The notes beneath the pieces are model-generated. The model was not told the DNA's origin, searched no databases, and saw only the letters and a list, made by a program, of their open reading frames with translations. The translations under genes were made by a program, and so were the position numbers. Positions 10,101 through 19,976 of a stretch of 31,495 nucleotides of DNA are shown here, one piece after another. The first letter of the stretch is position 1. Each line of letters opens with the position of its first letter. Source of the DNA: a virus (taxonomy: Duplodnaviria > Caudoviricetes); IMG/VR virus record IMGVR_UViG_3300033076_001217, positions 1 through 31,495 of that record. One strand, 5' to 3'.

Positions 10101-11443
10101 CTGGATTAGGAGATAGGTCAATGACTTTTGGGTTATCAGCAGCTGGAACAAATAATGATGCTAGCACATTGGTTAGATTAGATGATAGTGGAGCTACATG
10201 TTTTTCAAATACAATTTGTGCACCATCTATTGTTTCTTGCAACGGGAGTGCATTTTTTCAAAGAGGTGCAAATGGTTGCAATGGTTTAGTAATAAGTGAA
10301 CAAGGTGGTTCTATAACAGCAGATAAGGCAAGTGTAATTAGAACTGCCGGTGGTACAAGTGAGCATTTGTTTTTAACGGCTGGTATAAACGCAAATACAT
10401 CAGCTTGTGGATATATTAGATTAGGTGGTGATAGAGATGCTTGTGTTGGTATAAATATAGTACCAACTGCTGCATTACATGTAAATGGTAATATTATTTC
10501 GGAAGGATGTTTCTTTTCAGGGGCTCCTGATAATTTAAGAATATTTGCAGGGCATTGGGCAACTGTATCTGGTAACTCAAATTGCTATTTGGTATTTCAA
10601 GCAGGAGGCGGTAGTTCATCTTTTGGAACACCGACTGGATGGGGAGGTAGTGCATCAATTTATACGCTAAATCAAACAAGACTTAGTATTTCTTGTACAG
10701 GTGTAGCTTGTTTTTCATCCGCAGTATGTGCACAACAATTTATAGGACAATCTTCAATGACGGTTAATGGTCCTATCTATTTCCAAAATGGTGGTAATAC
10801 ATACTTTCAACAATATGTTGGTTCATCGTGTGATTTTGTAATTTACAATACTACAAATAATGGTATGTATGTTTATACAAATTCCGTACAAAGATTTGCA
10901 ATTTCCGGTGATGGAGTATCTTCGTTTTCAAATACATTATGTGTAGGTAATGGATTGATTGTTAGTAGTAGTAAAACTTGTGGTGATTTAGGAATTGTAA
11001 ATGGTAATGGATATGGTTGGATATATGCACAAGATGCAAATCATAGTATCATAATGAGAGGAAATAGAGCGGGTGTAGCAGCAGATTATACTAATTATTA
11101 TCAATATGGTGGAAATTTATCAACTGGTAAAGGACATCTATTTTGGACAGGTGGAGTATTATCATCACAAACATTAAAAATGCAAATTGCAGATGATGGT
11201 ATTCAAGTATCTGTAAACTTTGCACCATCGGCAAATAACACCTATTGTTTAGGTACTTCATCTTGTGCTTGGGCGCACATCTACACAAACGACTTACATT
11301 TAAGTAATATGAGTAAATGTGGTGGCAATGATATAGATGGTACGAATGGTAATTGGACAATACAAGAAGGTGCAGAAAATTTGTATATTATTAACAATAG
11401 AAATTGTAAACGATTTAAAATTAAATTAGAAGAAATTATATAA
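7163..11443 (+). CDS. Tail fibre protein 3 (fibre-1-like N-half, type B adapter, Cys-rich distal part)
   Basis: Shares repeat blocks with fibre 1 and the adapter with fibre 7. The C-terminal IYTNDLHLSN...GNDIDGTNGNWTIQEG...LEEI domain is recognisable from aquatic phage fibre proteins. A tail-fibre chaperone gene lies just downstream. Confidence 0.8.
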   Translation: MILDSPIISGSLTQQAGQIAEIPRYTDVSSSFLAASASFDARLDSVESITASLSPRINALESFTASADNTYVNVSGDSMSGNLTITGSLIVTDRITAQEFHTEFVSSSVIFQSGSTKFGDTLDDTHSVTGSLNITGSITLNGSAIGTGKLDETTFNSYTSSNDSKVNSLVSATGSYETIGRGIISSSAQLPNGLVSGSSQLTSSYDDRYVLSGSITQTTWDNIANKPGGIVSSSAQLPSGLISGSSQLPSGLISGSSQLPAGIISGSEQLPVGTVSGSSQVILQSTTGQLSSSRIDNLSEIHNQSWTASVANDQFSIIHDGSNILTLTSGSTNITNGTLNVTADSFANDYAEGYTDFGVGLNVEGDVVVTGSITISGIINANEFHTNYITSSIIYKSGSTKFGDSVDDTHEYTGSVLVSGNIIANNLVGIISGSSQLPAGLISGSSQLTASYDERYTLSGSVSQTTWETISGKPAGIISGSSQLSGTTIQSLSGSFSGSYQGDGSLLRGLAAGAKFHTQTTPSSTWTFIHNLSTQYPNVTVYDSNNNIVLPQTITATNVDTLVLEFGSPVAGYATAGVGGIIEVNGRTVKQYFASSLEWRFEHNFGDRFANIQTYDSNYEKIIPQTITLTDATSSLITFPEVTEGWVIGTIGGDLPAISSSYGGYVLQISNSSPYTASWTPIAYVTASNSVNSISASYVEYSNISNKPTLISGSSQIIGILNPINEFTASNLTTNIFTSSATARLNALETTSASVDSLNTTQNNRLSSLELKTGSLATTGSNTFVGTQTITGSLYITTDLIVQGSSSLQNITASAVSIGTNIVNLNTANPSIRYAGLSMVDSGSIGGSGSFLYDSVQDEMIFVHRGVSTVVTSSVLLMGPQTYDSVGSENYPTLNIIQKGTGNEHLVDSCIFDNGTTTCVKNNLIGSGTACFASNVCAPTIVVNNTNPVLYINSGNNETATIGFTQGAVAGYGGFIKVGTGLGDRSMTFGLSAAGTNNDASTLVRLDDSGATCFSNTICAPSIVSCNGSAFFQRGANGCNGLVISEQGGSITADKASVIRTAGGTSEHLFLTAGINANTSACGYIRLGGDRDACVGINIVPTAALHVNGNIISEGCFFSGAPDNLRIFAGHWATVSGNSNCYLVFQAGGGSSSFGTPTGWGGSASIYTLNQTRLSISCTGVACFSSAVCAQQFIGQSSMTVNGPIYFQNGGNTYFQQYVGSSCDFVIYNTTNNGMYVYTNSVQRFAISGDGVSSFSNTLCVGNGLIVSSSKTCGDLGIVNGNGYGWIYAQDANHSIIMRGNRAGVAADYTNYYQYGGNLSTGKGHLFWTGGVLSSQTLKMQIADDGIQVSVNFAPSANNTYCLGTSSCAWAHIYTNDLHLSNMSKCGGNDIDGTNGNWTIQEGAENLYIINNRNCKRFKIKLEEII

Positions 11444-11445
11444 CT

Positions 11446-11907
11446 ATGGCAATATTTCAAAGAACAATTTTTGATGGAACTAGTCCAAATGGATGGACTA
11501 GGTCAACAACTCCAATGATGCAACATATAGGAGAATTTACATTAAGAGCTGGTAACAGATATTTAGATATAAAAACAGATTATCCAACTCAATCAGCTAT
11601 GTTATTTTTTTATTATTGGGGGTATCTTTATAATGCTCAAAATTGCTTTGGATATGCTGGATGCTATCCGTATAGTGGGGCAGATATTTTAAACAAATAC
11701 ATTTATAATAGTGGTTCAACTACATTATCAAACATTTATAAAACAGGTTCACCATATTATGTATGTTTAAAATTTGATAGACAAGATAACGGATATACGG
11801 AAGGTAAAATAAATGTTTTCATAAGTTCACATGGATTGGATTTGGGAATGCGAATAAATGTTCTTTCTTATGCAGAAAATAATACAGTAGGTCAATATTA
11901 TAGCTAA
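11446..11907 (+). CDS. Hypothetical protein, possible fibre-tip accessory/adhesin
   Basis: 153 aa, Tyr/Gly/Asn-rich, starting 2 nt after fibre 3 and lying before the chaperone gene. Function is inferred from context only. Confidence 0.55.
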   Translation: MAIFQRTIFDGTSPNGWTRSTTPMMQHIGEFTLRAGNRYLDIKTDYPTQSAMLFFYYWGYLYNAQNCFGYAGCYPYSGADILNKYIYNSGSTTLSNIYKTGSPYYVCLKFDRQDNGYTEGKINVFISSHGLDLGMRINVLSYAENNTVGQYYS

Positions 11908-11918
11908 AAAATTATATT

Positions 11919-12266
11919 ATGAGTGATTTTATACGAATGGAAAAAGAAGATGGTTCAATAGAATACATAAATTCCAATTATGATAACCTTGTAGCAAATG
12001 CAGTTGAACGAAATTCTGCTATACCAGATGATATTGCATCTTTATCTACTGAAGAATTAGAAACTATGATTTTAGAAAGTCATAAAAATTTTGTAAGACA
12101 AGAAAGAGATAGAAGATTGGCGGAATCCGATTGGACACAAACTAATGATTCACCTTTAAGTGATGAAAAGAAAGCAGAATGGCAAACTTATAGACAATCA
12201 TTAAGAGATATAATATCAACTATAACAAATACTACTGATATTATAGAATGGCCAACTAAACCTTAA
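11919..12266 (+). CDS. Phage tail fibre assembly chaperone (Phage_tail_APC-like)
   Basis: RQERDRRLAESDWTQ...EWQTYRQSLRDI...IEWPTKP is the characteristic motif set. Confidence 0.88.
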   Translation: MSDFIRMEKEDGSIEYINSNYDNLVANAVERNSAIPDDIASLSTEELETMILESHKNFVRQERDRRLAESDWTQTNDSPLSDEKKAEWQTYRQSLRDIISTITNTTDIIEWPTKP

Positions 12267-12274
12267 TAAAACAA

Positions 12275-12283
12275 ATATTTATA
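12275..12283 (+). promoter_or_regulatory. Putative late promoter motif ATATTTATA
   Basis: 14 nt upstream of ATG 12298. Confidence 0.6.
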
Positions 12284-12297
12284 AAAAAAATTAAATA

Positions 12298-15261
12298 ATG
12301 AAAATATTTTCGGCACAACTTAAAGGAACAACAACGGTAGCAACAGGAGCAAATGTATCTTTAACAGGTTCATTTAGTGGTTCTATTGCCGGAATTGATA
12401 TAAATACGAATAATACATTTACTGCTTCAACAATAGCTAGATTAAATGCCATTGAAACTATTAGTGCATCAAACATAGATAGAATATCTTCATTAGAAAC
12501 TACATCGGCAAGTATCAATATTCTAAATACTACGCAAAATAGTAGGTTAGATTCATTGGAAACCACTTCGGCATCAGTTAATACTTTAAATACTATACAA
12601 AATAGTAGGTTAGATTCATTAGAAATAAAGACAGGTTCTTTAGCTAGTACGGGTTCTAACTTTTTTATTGGTTCACAAACAATTACCGGTTCACTTTATA
12701 TTTCGGCAGATTTAGTAGTACAAGGAACATCTTCAATTCAAAATATTACAGGTTCTTCTATTAATATTGGAACAAATATTGTAAACTTAAACACCGCTAC
12801 ACCTGCTGTTAGATACGCAGGATTGACTGTACAGGATAGCGGAAGTTCAGCCGGTGTTACAGGTTCATTTCTTTGGGATAGTTTATGTAATAGATGGTTA
12901 TATTCAAATCCATCTACCGTAGGTTATTCCGGTGGTATTATAATGAGTGGACCGAGAGCAGCAACTTTTGGAACTGAAACTACTTTGACTTGCAATTATA
13001 TAGCAAAATCAGGAGGTGGTGACCATTTATATGATTCATCAATTTATGAAAGTGGTAGTTGCGTTGGTATAGGAATAAATACTCCTGAAACTACTTTACA
13101 TATAGCAGCAAATTCTCCTTATTTATATTTTGATGATTTAAATAGTACTGGTACTAAGAAACGAACGAGATTTGTAAACGGAGATGTTGGGAATTGCCAA
13201 TCACTTACTATTGGATTTGGGTGTACAAATAATACAAGCAATATAGATGTATTAACTTTAAATGAATTAGGAAATATTGGATTAGGAACTACTACTCCAA
13301 ATAGTGGTAAAGTAGAAATTCAAACAAATAATAATTCACCCGCTTTATGGGTTCAAACTGGTGGCACAACTACATCTTATTGTGTAGCATCATTTAGAAC
13401 GGGAACTAATGCTGCGGCTTTTGAAATATACGGAAATGCAACTTCTTATTTTGGTGGAAATGTTGGTATAGGACAATCGCCTTCATATCCATTGCATGTA
13501 GTTGGGGCAGCAAATAATGCATGTTTCAATATAGTATCAACCGTTACATCTGCTGGATATGCATACAATTATGTTGCAAATCAAGGAGGATTGCAATCTC
13601 TTTGGGGTTCGGAAAGTACTGGCGCATTTATTGGAACTAATAGTAATAGCTATTTTTATTTTTTAACAAATGGAACAGAAAGAGCTAGAATAACCGCAGA
13701 TGGTAAATTAAATTTAAAAGGATTACTTCAAAGTTGTGATAAAATTGGAACTTGTGATGATAAAGGATTTTATTTTAGAGGAACAGATGATGTAACTCAT
13801 AAAATTTATTATAAAAGTGTAAGTGGTTATAACAATGTTATTTGGGAATATAATAGTACATTGTATTATCAATATTATGCAGCAGGAACACCTGTAACTA
13901 GATTATCATTGACCACAGACGGAAATTTATGGACACAAGGAACATTTGAATCAGGCAATAATGCCGGAATTAGGACATCCCCATGTACTACATACTATTT
14001 AAAAACAGGTGATGCTGGTATAACAGGATATAACACTTATTTTGGTACGGGTCAAATTCGTATAGGTGGTGGTTCGGACCATACAACAAATGTGTTATTA
14101 TCGGTTGCACCCGGATGTATTCATTTCGATGCACCAGGAATTGGTGGTGGTAGAATGGCTATTAACTCAACGGGAGTTGGTATTGGTACTACTTCTTTAT
14201 GTGGTAGATTCCATGTAAATGCTGGAGGAATGGCAGCAGGGGCTCCACAATATGGTTGGCCATATTATAATGCTGAATTAGATAGTTCAACTAAACCAAT
14301 TGTTCTTGAAGGTGGGGGAAATGGTGGAGTATCTACGGCAGGAACTGGTCCAACCGTTGGTTTAATATTGGGTACTTATTTTGATTCTAGAGCACTAATA
14401 ACTCCATATGGAGCAGGTAGTTCTTCTCCTGCCGACCAAGGAACAGGTAGAGGAAAAGATTTATTAATAAAAGGTGGAACTGCTGATAATACAAACACAT
14501 ATAAAGGTGGTAGACTTTTCTTAAATGGAGGAGTTGGTTATAATGGTGGAGCATATGGTAGTTGTGTGGGTGATATTATATTACAATGCATGGGGTCCGA
14601 TGGAAAGGTTGGAATCGGTGGCGCAACTGGTTCAAGTGGCAGATTATTGGTATATGATACTGGTTGTCCAATTACTTCTGGAAATATAACATTTGGTACT
14701 CAAGCAAAAGGTATAGAAGTTTATAACTATTGTAGTGGTAATACTGATAATGTAATTGGATATTGGATTTCAACCGGCCCTCATAAGGCTGGTATAGCAT
14801 CTGGTAGAACAAATGCGGCATCTACATGGGAAGTTGATTTAAGATTCTATGTACACCCTACCGATATAGCTAATTTAGATAATACATATGAAAGAATGCG
14901 TTTATATGGTGGAGGTAACTTAACGATAAATGGTTCACTTACTCAAAATGGTTCTTTATCTGATATAAATTTAAAAGAAAATATTGTTAAAATATCAAAT
15001 CCTTTACAAAAAATATCTTGTATAAATGGATATACTTTTGAATGGAAAAAAGGTTCACCTGCAAGAAGAGATTTTTCAAATATCATAAACGATGCAGGTC
15101 TTATAGCACAAGAAGTTGAAAATGTTATGCCAGATATTGTAAGAGAAAATGAATGTACTAAAGCATTAAATTATAATGGTGTAATTGGATTATTGGTAGA
15201 AGGTATTAAAGTTCAACAATGCACAATTGATATTTTGAAATCTTGCTTAGGAATAATCTAA
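12298..15261 (+). CDS. Tail fibre protein 4 with C-terminal peptidase S74 chaperone (type A adapter)
   Basis: Coiled-coil repeats, shared adapter and GNIGLGT/GNVGIG repeats. C-terminal SDINLKENI...GYTFEW...GLIAQEVE.V.PDIV...LNYNGVIGLLVEGIK. Confidence 0.85.
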   Translation: MKIFSAQLKGTTTVATGANVSLTGSFSGSIAGIDINTNNTFTASTIARLNAIETISASNIDRISSLETTSASINILNTTQNSRLDSLETTSASVNTLNTIQNSRLDSLEIKTGSLASTGSNFFIGSQTITGSLYISADLVVQGTSSIQNITGSSINIGTNIVNLNTATPAVRYAGLTVQDSGSSAGVTGSFLWDSLCNRWLYSNPSTVGYSGGIIMSGPRAATFGTETTLTCNYIAKSGGGDHLYDSSIYESGSCVGIGINTPETTLHIAANSPYLYFDDLNSTGTKKRTRFVNGDVGNCQSLTIGFGCTNNTSNIDVLTLNELGNIGLGTTTPNSGKVEIQTNNNSPALWVQTGGTTTSYCVASFRTGTNAAAFEIYGNATSYFGGNVGIGQSPSYPLHVVGAANNACFNIVSTVTSAGYAYNYVANQGGLQSLWGSESTGAFIGTNSNSYFYFLTNGTERARITADGKLNLKGLLQSCDKIGTCDDKGFYFRGTDDVTHKIYYKSVSGYNNVIWEYNSTLYYQYYAAGTPVTRLSLTTDGNLWTQGTFESGNNAGIRTSPCTTYYLKTGDAGITGYNTYFGTGQIRIGGGSDHTTNVLLSVAPGCIHFDAPGIGGGRMAINSTGVGIGTTSLCGRFHVNAGGMAAGAPQYGWPYYNAELDSSTKPIVLEGGGNGGVSTAGTGPTVGLILGTYFDSRALITPYGAGSSSPADQGTGRGKDLLIKGGTADNTNTYKGGRLFLNGGVGYNGGAYGSCVGDIILQCMGSDGKVGIGGATGSSGRLLVYDTGCPITSGNITFGTQAKGIEVYNYCSGNTDNVIGYWISTGPHKAGIASGRTNAASTWEVDLRFYVHPTDIANLDNTYERMRLYGGGNLTINGSLTQNGSLSDINLKENIVKISNPLQKISCINGYTFEWKKGSPARRDFSNIINDAGLIAQEVENVMPDIVRENECTKALNYNGVIGLLVEGIKVQQCTIDILKSCLGII
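12535..12620 (+). repeat. 63-bp-period tandem duplication encoding a 21-aa coiled-coil unit
   Basis: CAAAATAGTAGGTTAGATTCATT is exact at 12535-12557 and 12598-12620. Confidence 0.85.
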
Positions 15262-15268
15262 CAATACG

Positions 15269-15277
15269 ATATTTATA
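15269..15277 (+). promoter_or_regulatory. Putative late promoter motif ATATTTATA
   Basis: 23 nt upstream of ATG 15301. Confidence 0.6.
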
Positions 15278-15300
15278 AAAAAACAAATCGGAAGAAATAA

Positions 15301-17724
15301 ATGCTACAATATAATCCTTCAATATCAGGTTCATTAAATGTAACGGGAAGCATAAATGTAACAAACGGTATATCAGGCACTATTAATGGAGTGGATGTTC
15401 AAATTTTTAGTGCATCTGTTTCGCAAACCATAACCAATGTACAAACTGCTACCGGTTCACAAGATAGAAGATTGATTTCTATTGAATCATTTACTTCATC
15501 TACTTCTGCAAGATTAGGTTCAATTGAAACGATATCGGCTTCCAATATAGGAAGATTAAACGCATTAGAAACAACTTCTGCAAGTGTGGATAGTTTAAAC
15601 ACTACACAAACAAATAGACTAAATTCTTTAGAATTAAAGACTGGAAGTTTAGCTAGTACTGGAAGTAATTTATTTGTTGGAACACAAACAATCACCGGTT
15701 CGGTTTACATTTCGGCAGATTTAATTGTACAAGGAAGTTCTTGCATTCAAAATATTACAGGTTCATCTGTATCAATTGGTACAAACACTATATCTTTAAA
15801 TACAGCAACACCTTCAGTAAGACATGCTGGTATAATTGTACAAGATAGTGGTAGCTCAGCAGGAATAACAGGTTCAATACTTTGGGATAGTTTATGCAAT
15901 AAATGGATTTATAGTAATCCTTCAACGATAGGTTATAGTGGAGGTATGTTATTATCGGGTCCTCGTACTACTACTTTAGGTTCTGAATCTCCATTGACTT
16001 GTAACTACATAGCAAAATCAGGTGGTGGTGACCATTTATATGATTCTGCAATTTATGAAAGTGGAAGCTGTGTTGGTATTGGTACAAATAGCCCGACTAG
16101 TATTTTACATATAAGTTCTACAACTCCTACATTAAAATTAACAGATTCAGCAGCAACCGGTAATAATGGTGATGTATATTTAAGAGCTGAAAAAACAGGA
16201 GTAGGATATAATAATTTAACCACTGTTGCATTTACATATAATTTAAAAGGAGGTGGAAGTGAAACTTCTTTTTTAAATATAAATAATACTGGTGTAGCTT
16301 GTTTTTCAAGCAACATATGTTCGGCTGGAATTCAATCATCTGATAGTATCATCATTCGTAAAGATGCTTCCATAGATAATAGATATATTCAATTATGCAA
16401 TACACAAAGTGGTGGATATAGATGGGATTTAGTAACTAGGTCAACTGCTCAAGGATGTGGATTTGGTATTTTGAATAATACAACAAGTCAATATGCATTA
16501 TTAATTGATGCTAATAATGTTGGTGTTTTTGGATGTCAAATTTGTTCAAATGGGATAGTATCTACTGGCATTGCTACTTTTACGGCACAAGGAGCAGCTT
16601 CTTATGGTACGATAAATTTAGAAAGCGATGACCCTTTTATACGATTATATGATAATGGCGTAGGTAGTACTACCGATAAGAAAAAATGGGATATTAGAGC
16701 AATTGGAGCTACGGGATACGAATCATTTGATATTAGAACAATAAATGATGCAAATACAGTATTTAGTACAAAAATGAGTATTTTACATTCCGGTGTAGCT
16801 TGTTTTTCTTGTCAAGTATGCGCATTGCAATTTAGAGGATACAATTATGGTGTATCACCCCAAGGTACTTTTAGAGGAGGTATATATACCTGTAATCAAG
16901 TTTCAGGAACAGGTACAGATTGTTCTCTTACATTATTTTCTGAAGGAGGAGCTGGTGGTGGAAACTTTTATATAGCAACTGGTGGTAGTGCGGATGTTAA
17001 ATTTGCAATGGATGCAAATGGTATTGCTTCATTCAGATGTAGAGTTTCTAGTGCAGGCCTTACGACAAGTGATAATTTAAACTTTAATACTGGTGATGGT
17101 AATAACTGGTATATTAGAGGTCAAGCAAATGGACCTGCTATTAGAATGAAATATCATGGAGGTTCAACAAATAGAAGTGCTGGATTGGGATGGGTAGATA
17201 ACAATAGTACTTATTATGAAACTCTATGTTGGCAAGATACAAGTATGTATGCATTTGGAACATTATGTTCAAATAATGTTATATGTGCATATAGCTTAGC
17301 CACAAACGCAGGAGGACTTAATGAAAATTTTGCAGGAACAGGTGGTGGACATGTTAGTAGATATTTTGCAGCAAAATATATGCCAGAAAACGCAACTACT
17401 GCATTTTTTAGAATTACAACTTCAGGAGCATCAGCAACTCAAATACATTTAGCAGGAACAAATGCAGGTGTTGGTTGGTATTCATCTCAAATATATCATG
17501 CAGCAAATACGGCATATTGGGGTGGATGGATTGGTAGTGGAGCAAGTGTATCGATAGCAAGTGGTGCAGCTGGGTATATAAGTGGTGTATATAGTGATGG
17601 AGCGGGTGGACAAAATTATTGTGTAACTGTTGCTAATAATGGAACCAGTACAAGTAGTTTAGTTTGGGCATATATTACTACAATTACATATGGTTCATAT
17701 AGTACAACATTTACGCAATTATAA
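15301..17724 (+). CDS. Tail fibre/receptor-binding-like protein 5 (type A adapter)
   Basis: Same coiled-coil plus adapter module, GVACFS repeats and a unique C-terminal domain. Confidence 0.75.
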   Translation: MLQYNPSISGSLNVTGSINVTNGISGTINGVDVQIFSASVSQTITNVQTATGSQDRRLISIESFTSSTSARLGSIETISASNIGRLNALETTSASVDSLNTTQTNRLNSLELKTGSLASTGSNLFVGTQTITGSVYISADLIVQGSSCIQNITGSSVSIGTNTISLNTATPSVRHAGIIVQDSGSSAGITGSILWDSLCNKWIYSNPSTIGYSGGMLLSGPRTTTLGSESPLTCNYIAKSGGGDHLYDSAIYESGSCVGIGTNSPTSILHISSTTPTLKLTDSAATGNNGDVYLRAEKTGVGYNNLTTVAFTYNLKGGGSETSFLNINNTGVACFSSNICSAGIQSSDSIIIRKDASIDNRYIQLCNTQSGGYRWDLVTRSTAQGCGFGILNNTTSQYALLIDANNVGVFGCQICSNGIVSTGIATFTAQGAASYGTINLESDDPFIRLYDNGVGSTTDKKKWDIRAIGATGYESFDIRTINDANTVFSTKMSILHSGVACFSCQVCALQFRGYNYGVSPQGTFRGGIYTCNQVSGTGTDCSLTLFSEGGAGGGNFYIATGGSADVKFAMDANGIASFRCRVSSAGLTTSDNLNFNTGDGNNWYIRGQANGPAIRMKYHGGSTNRSAGLGWVDNNSTYYETLCWQDTSMYAFGTLCSNNVICAYSLATNAGGLNENFAGTGGGHVSRYFAAKYMPENATTAFFRITTSGASATQIHLAGTNAGVGWYSSQIYHAANTAYWGGWIGSGASVSIASGAAGYISGVYSDGAGGQNYCVTVANNGTSTSSLVWAYITTITYGSYSTTFTQL

Positions 17725-17741
17725 AATTAAAATAAAAAGTT

Positions 17742-18314
17742 ATGGAAAGAGTTATATTAGGCGATGAGTTGGTAATTTACAAAGTATCATTTACACCATC
17801 TACTCCAAAAGAGATTTTATTATTTGGAATTAATGAACATATTCAAAATAATAAAATAATGGAAAGTTGCGATGCATTCGATTATCATAGTGAATATCCC
17901 GAATTAAATGAAATTGAAACTAAAGGTATCGATATTTGTTTAGAACTTGCAAGAATAGAAGGAATTGAATATACTTCGTATAAGCATAATAGTTGGATTA
18001 ATAGAGTTAGAAAGCGTAATCCTGTTCAATATATATTTACAAATGAACCATATCACAATCATGTTTTATTGAATGAAGGTAGTTTAAGATTTGTTCCAAA
18101 ATATACTTTTATTTATTATTTACAAATGCCTGATAATTTACAAAATGATGAAGGTCATTTAGTATTAAGAGATAAAAAAGGAAATGTACATTCAATTTTA
18201 CCAAAAGAAAACGAATTCATAATCCATAATTCAGATATAGACCATTATCCTAAATATGCTCCAAATTCAAGTGTAGATAGATTTATTATAGCAACTAATG
18301 TTGGATTTGAATAA
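17742..18314 (+). CDS. Putative 2OG-Fe(II) oxygenase (phage 2OG-FeII_Oxy_5-like)
   Basis: SWIN...HNH...FIYYLQMP...GHLVL...PKENEFIIHNSDIDH...DRFIIATN gives an HxH motif, a distal His and the 2OG-binding Arg in the usual double-stranded beta-helix order. Confidence 0.75.
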   Translation: MERVILGDELVIYKVSFTPSTPKEILLFGINEHIQNNKIMESCDAFDYHSEYPELNEIETKGIDICLELARIEGIEYTSYKHNSWINRVRKRNPVQYIFTNEPYHNHVLLNEGSLRFVPKYTFIYYLQMPDNLQNDEGHLVLRDKKGNVHSILPKENEFIIHNSDIDHYPKYAPNSSVDRFIIATNVGFE

Positions 18315-18356
18315 TTAAATATATTTCAATTTCCTTTTCGTTTACTCAAAAAATAT

Positions 18357-18365
18357 ATATTTATA
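18357..18365 (+). promoter_or_regulatory. Putative late promoter motif ATATTTATA ahead of the glycosyltransferase operon
   Basis: 23 nt upstream of ATG 18389. Confidence 0.55.
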
Positions 18366-18388
18366 TATAAAATATTAAACAGTTATAA

Positions 18389-19288
18389 ATGGAAAAATTC
18401 GTTGTATTTCATGTAGAAGGTGGACTAGGAAAAAATGTAGCTTCTACCGCAATTATCAAAAATATATATAAAAAGTATCCGGATAGAAAACTAATTGTAG
18501 TTTGTTCTTTCCCAGAGATATTTTTGAATAACCCTTATATTCACAGAGTTTATCGTTTAGGAGTATCACCTTATTTTTGGGATGATTATATCAATGGTAA
18601 AGATACTATTGTATTCAGAAGAGAGCCTTACTTTGAAACATCTCATATGCTTCAAAAATCTCCTCTAACAGAGACTTGGCATAAGATGTACGATTTACCA
18701 TTTAATCCAAAAGAAGATTTGCCAGAAATTTTTATGAATATGGTTCAAAACGATATGCATAAACAATGGCAAAGACCTCGACCAATTATGTTACTTCATA
18801 CAAATGGAGGACCTATTATGGATGGGCAACCAATTTATGCATGGACAAGGGATATGCCAAGACCAGTTATTGATGCTTTAATTCAACAATTTAGCCAACA
18901 ATATCATATCATTCAAGTTTGTAAACACGAATCTCAATCAGTTAATCATCCCGCAGTAGAAACAATTACTCGCCAAATGAGTAATATTGAACTATTCTCT
19001 CTATTAAAAGTTTCTGCTAAAAGAGTTTTAATCGATAGTTCATTACAACATGCGGCAGCAGCATTTAAATTACCATCGGTGGTTTTATGGATTGGAACAC
19101 ATCCTAAAATGTTTGGTTATGAAATGCACAAAAACATTGAAGCAAAAGAACCAATTGGAAACACAAAAAGAGTAGATTCACTTTATTTCGATTATCAGTT
19201 AGATGGGCAATTTCACGAATGTCCTTACAACTCACCAGATGAGATGTTTAATATAACTGAAATACTAAACGAAGTAAATAAATTCTAA
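18389..19288 (+). CDS. Glycosyltransferase, GT9 (heptosyltransferase)-like, GT-B fold
   Basis: N-terminal EGGLGKNVAST corresponds to the GT9 GLGD loop, with K in place of D. C-terminal LIDSSLQHAAAAFKLPSVVLW matches the GT9 DSGxxHxAAA motif. Confidence 0.75.
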   Translation: MEKFVVFHVEGGLGKNVASTAIIKNIYKKYPDRKLIVVCSFPEIFLNNPYIHRVYRLGVSPYFWDDYINGKDTIVFRREPYFETSHMLQKSPLTETWHKMYDLPFNPKEDLPEIFMNMVQNDMHKQWQRPRPIMLLHTNGGPIMDGQPIYAWTRDMPRPVIDALIQQFSQQYHIIQVCKHESQSVNHPAVETITRQMSNIELFSLLKVSAKRVLIDSSLQHAAAAFKLPSVVLWIGTHPKMFGYEMHKNIEAKEPIGNTKRVDSLYFDYQLDGQFHECPYNSPDEMFNITEILNEVNKF

Positions 19289-19289
19289 G

Positions 19290-19976
19290 ATGAAAATCAT
19301 ATATCGTATATCTGAAGGAGGCTATCCTAAAGATAAGCCCGAATATATTACAAAAATCAATTGTCTAAAAAATGCTTTAACACATTTTGATGAGAATGAT
19401 TTTATTCTAATAGCTGATGGAATTTCGGAAGAATTTAAATCAGAAATACGAAATGTATATAGTGGTAAAATTGAAAGGGTAAACATAGGAAATGGAGCCG
19501 GTACTTTTAATATTGCGTTAAATAATATTGAAGGTTTGGATGTAAACGAAATTGTTTACTTTTTAGAAGATGATTATCTACATAAAGCTGATTCACAAAA
19601 GATATTAGAAAGTGCGTTTGATTTAGGAATGGATTATGCAACACTATATGACCATCCTGATAAATACCTAAATCCAATAGAGGGTGGTAATCCATATTGC
19701 GAAGGTAGAGCAGAATTTACAAGAGTATATTTAGGTGAGTATTCGCATTGGAAACTTACCAATTCAACAACAATGACATTTGCGGCAAAAGTAAAAACCT
19801 TAAAAGAAGATGAGGGAATACTAAGACAATGGACAGCCGGAGAACATCCACATGATTTTCAAATGTTTGGAGATTTACAAAAGAAAGGTAGAAGATTGGT
19901 TTCATCTATTCCGGGCTACGCAACGCATGGAGAAACTCGTTGGTTAACACCTTTAACAAATTGGGAGAAGATATGA
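19290..19976 (+). CDS. Glycosyltransferase, GT-A fold (GT2-like)
   Basis: FILIADG, IVYFLEDDYLH (DxD-type motif) and C-terminal PGYATH. Confidence 0.7.
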   Translation: MKIIYRISEGGYPKDKPEYITKINCLKNALTHFDENDFILIADGISEEFKSEIRNVYSGKIERVNIGNGAGTFNIALNNIEGLDVNEIVYFLEDDYLHKADSQKILESAFDLGMDYATLYDHPDKYLNPIEGGNPYCEGRAEFTRVYLGEYSHWKLTNSTTMTFAAKVKTLKEDEGILRQWTAGEHPHDFQMFGDLQKKGRRLVSSIPGYATHGETRWLTPLTNWEKI

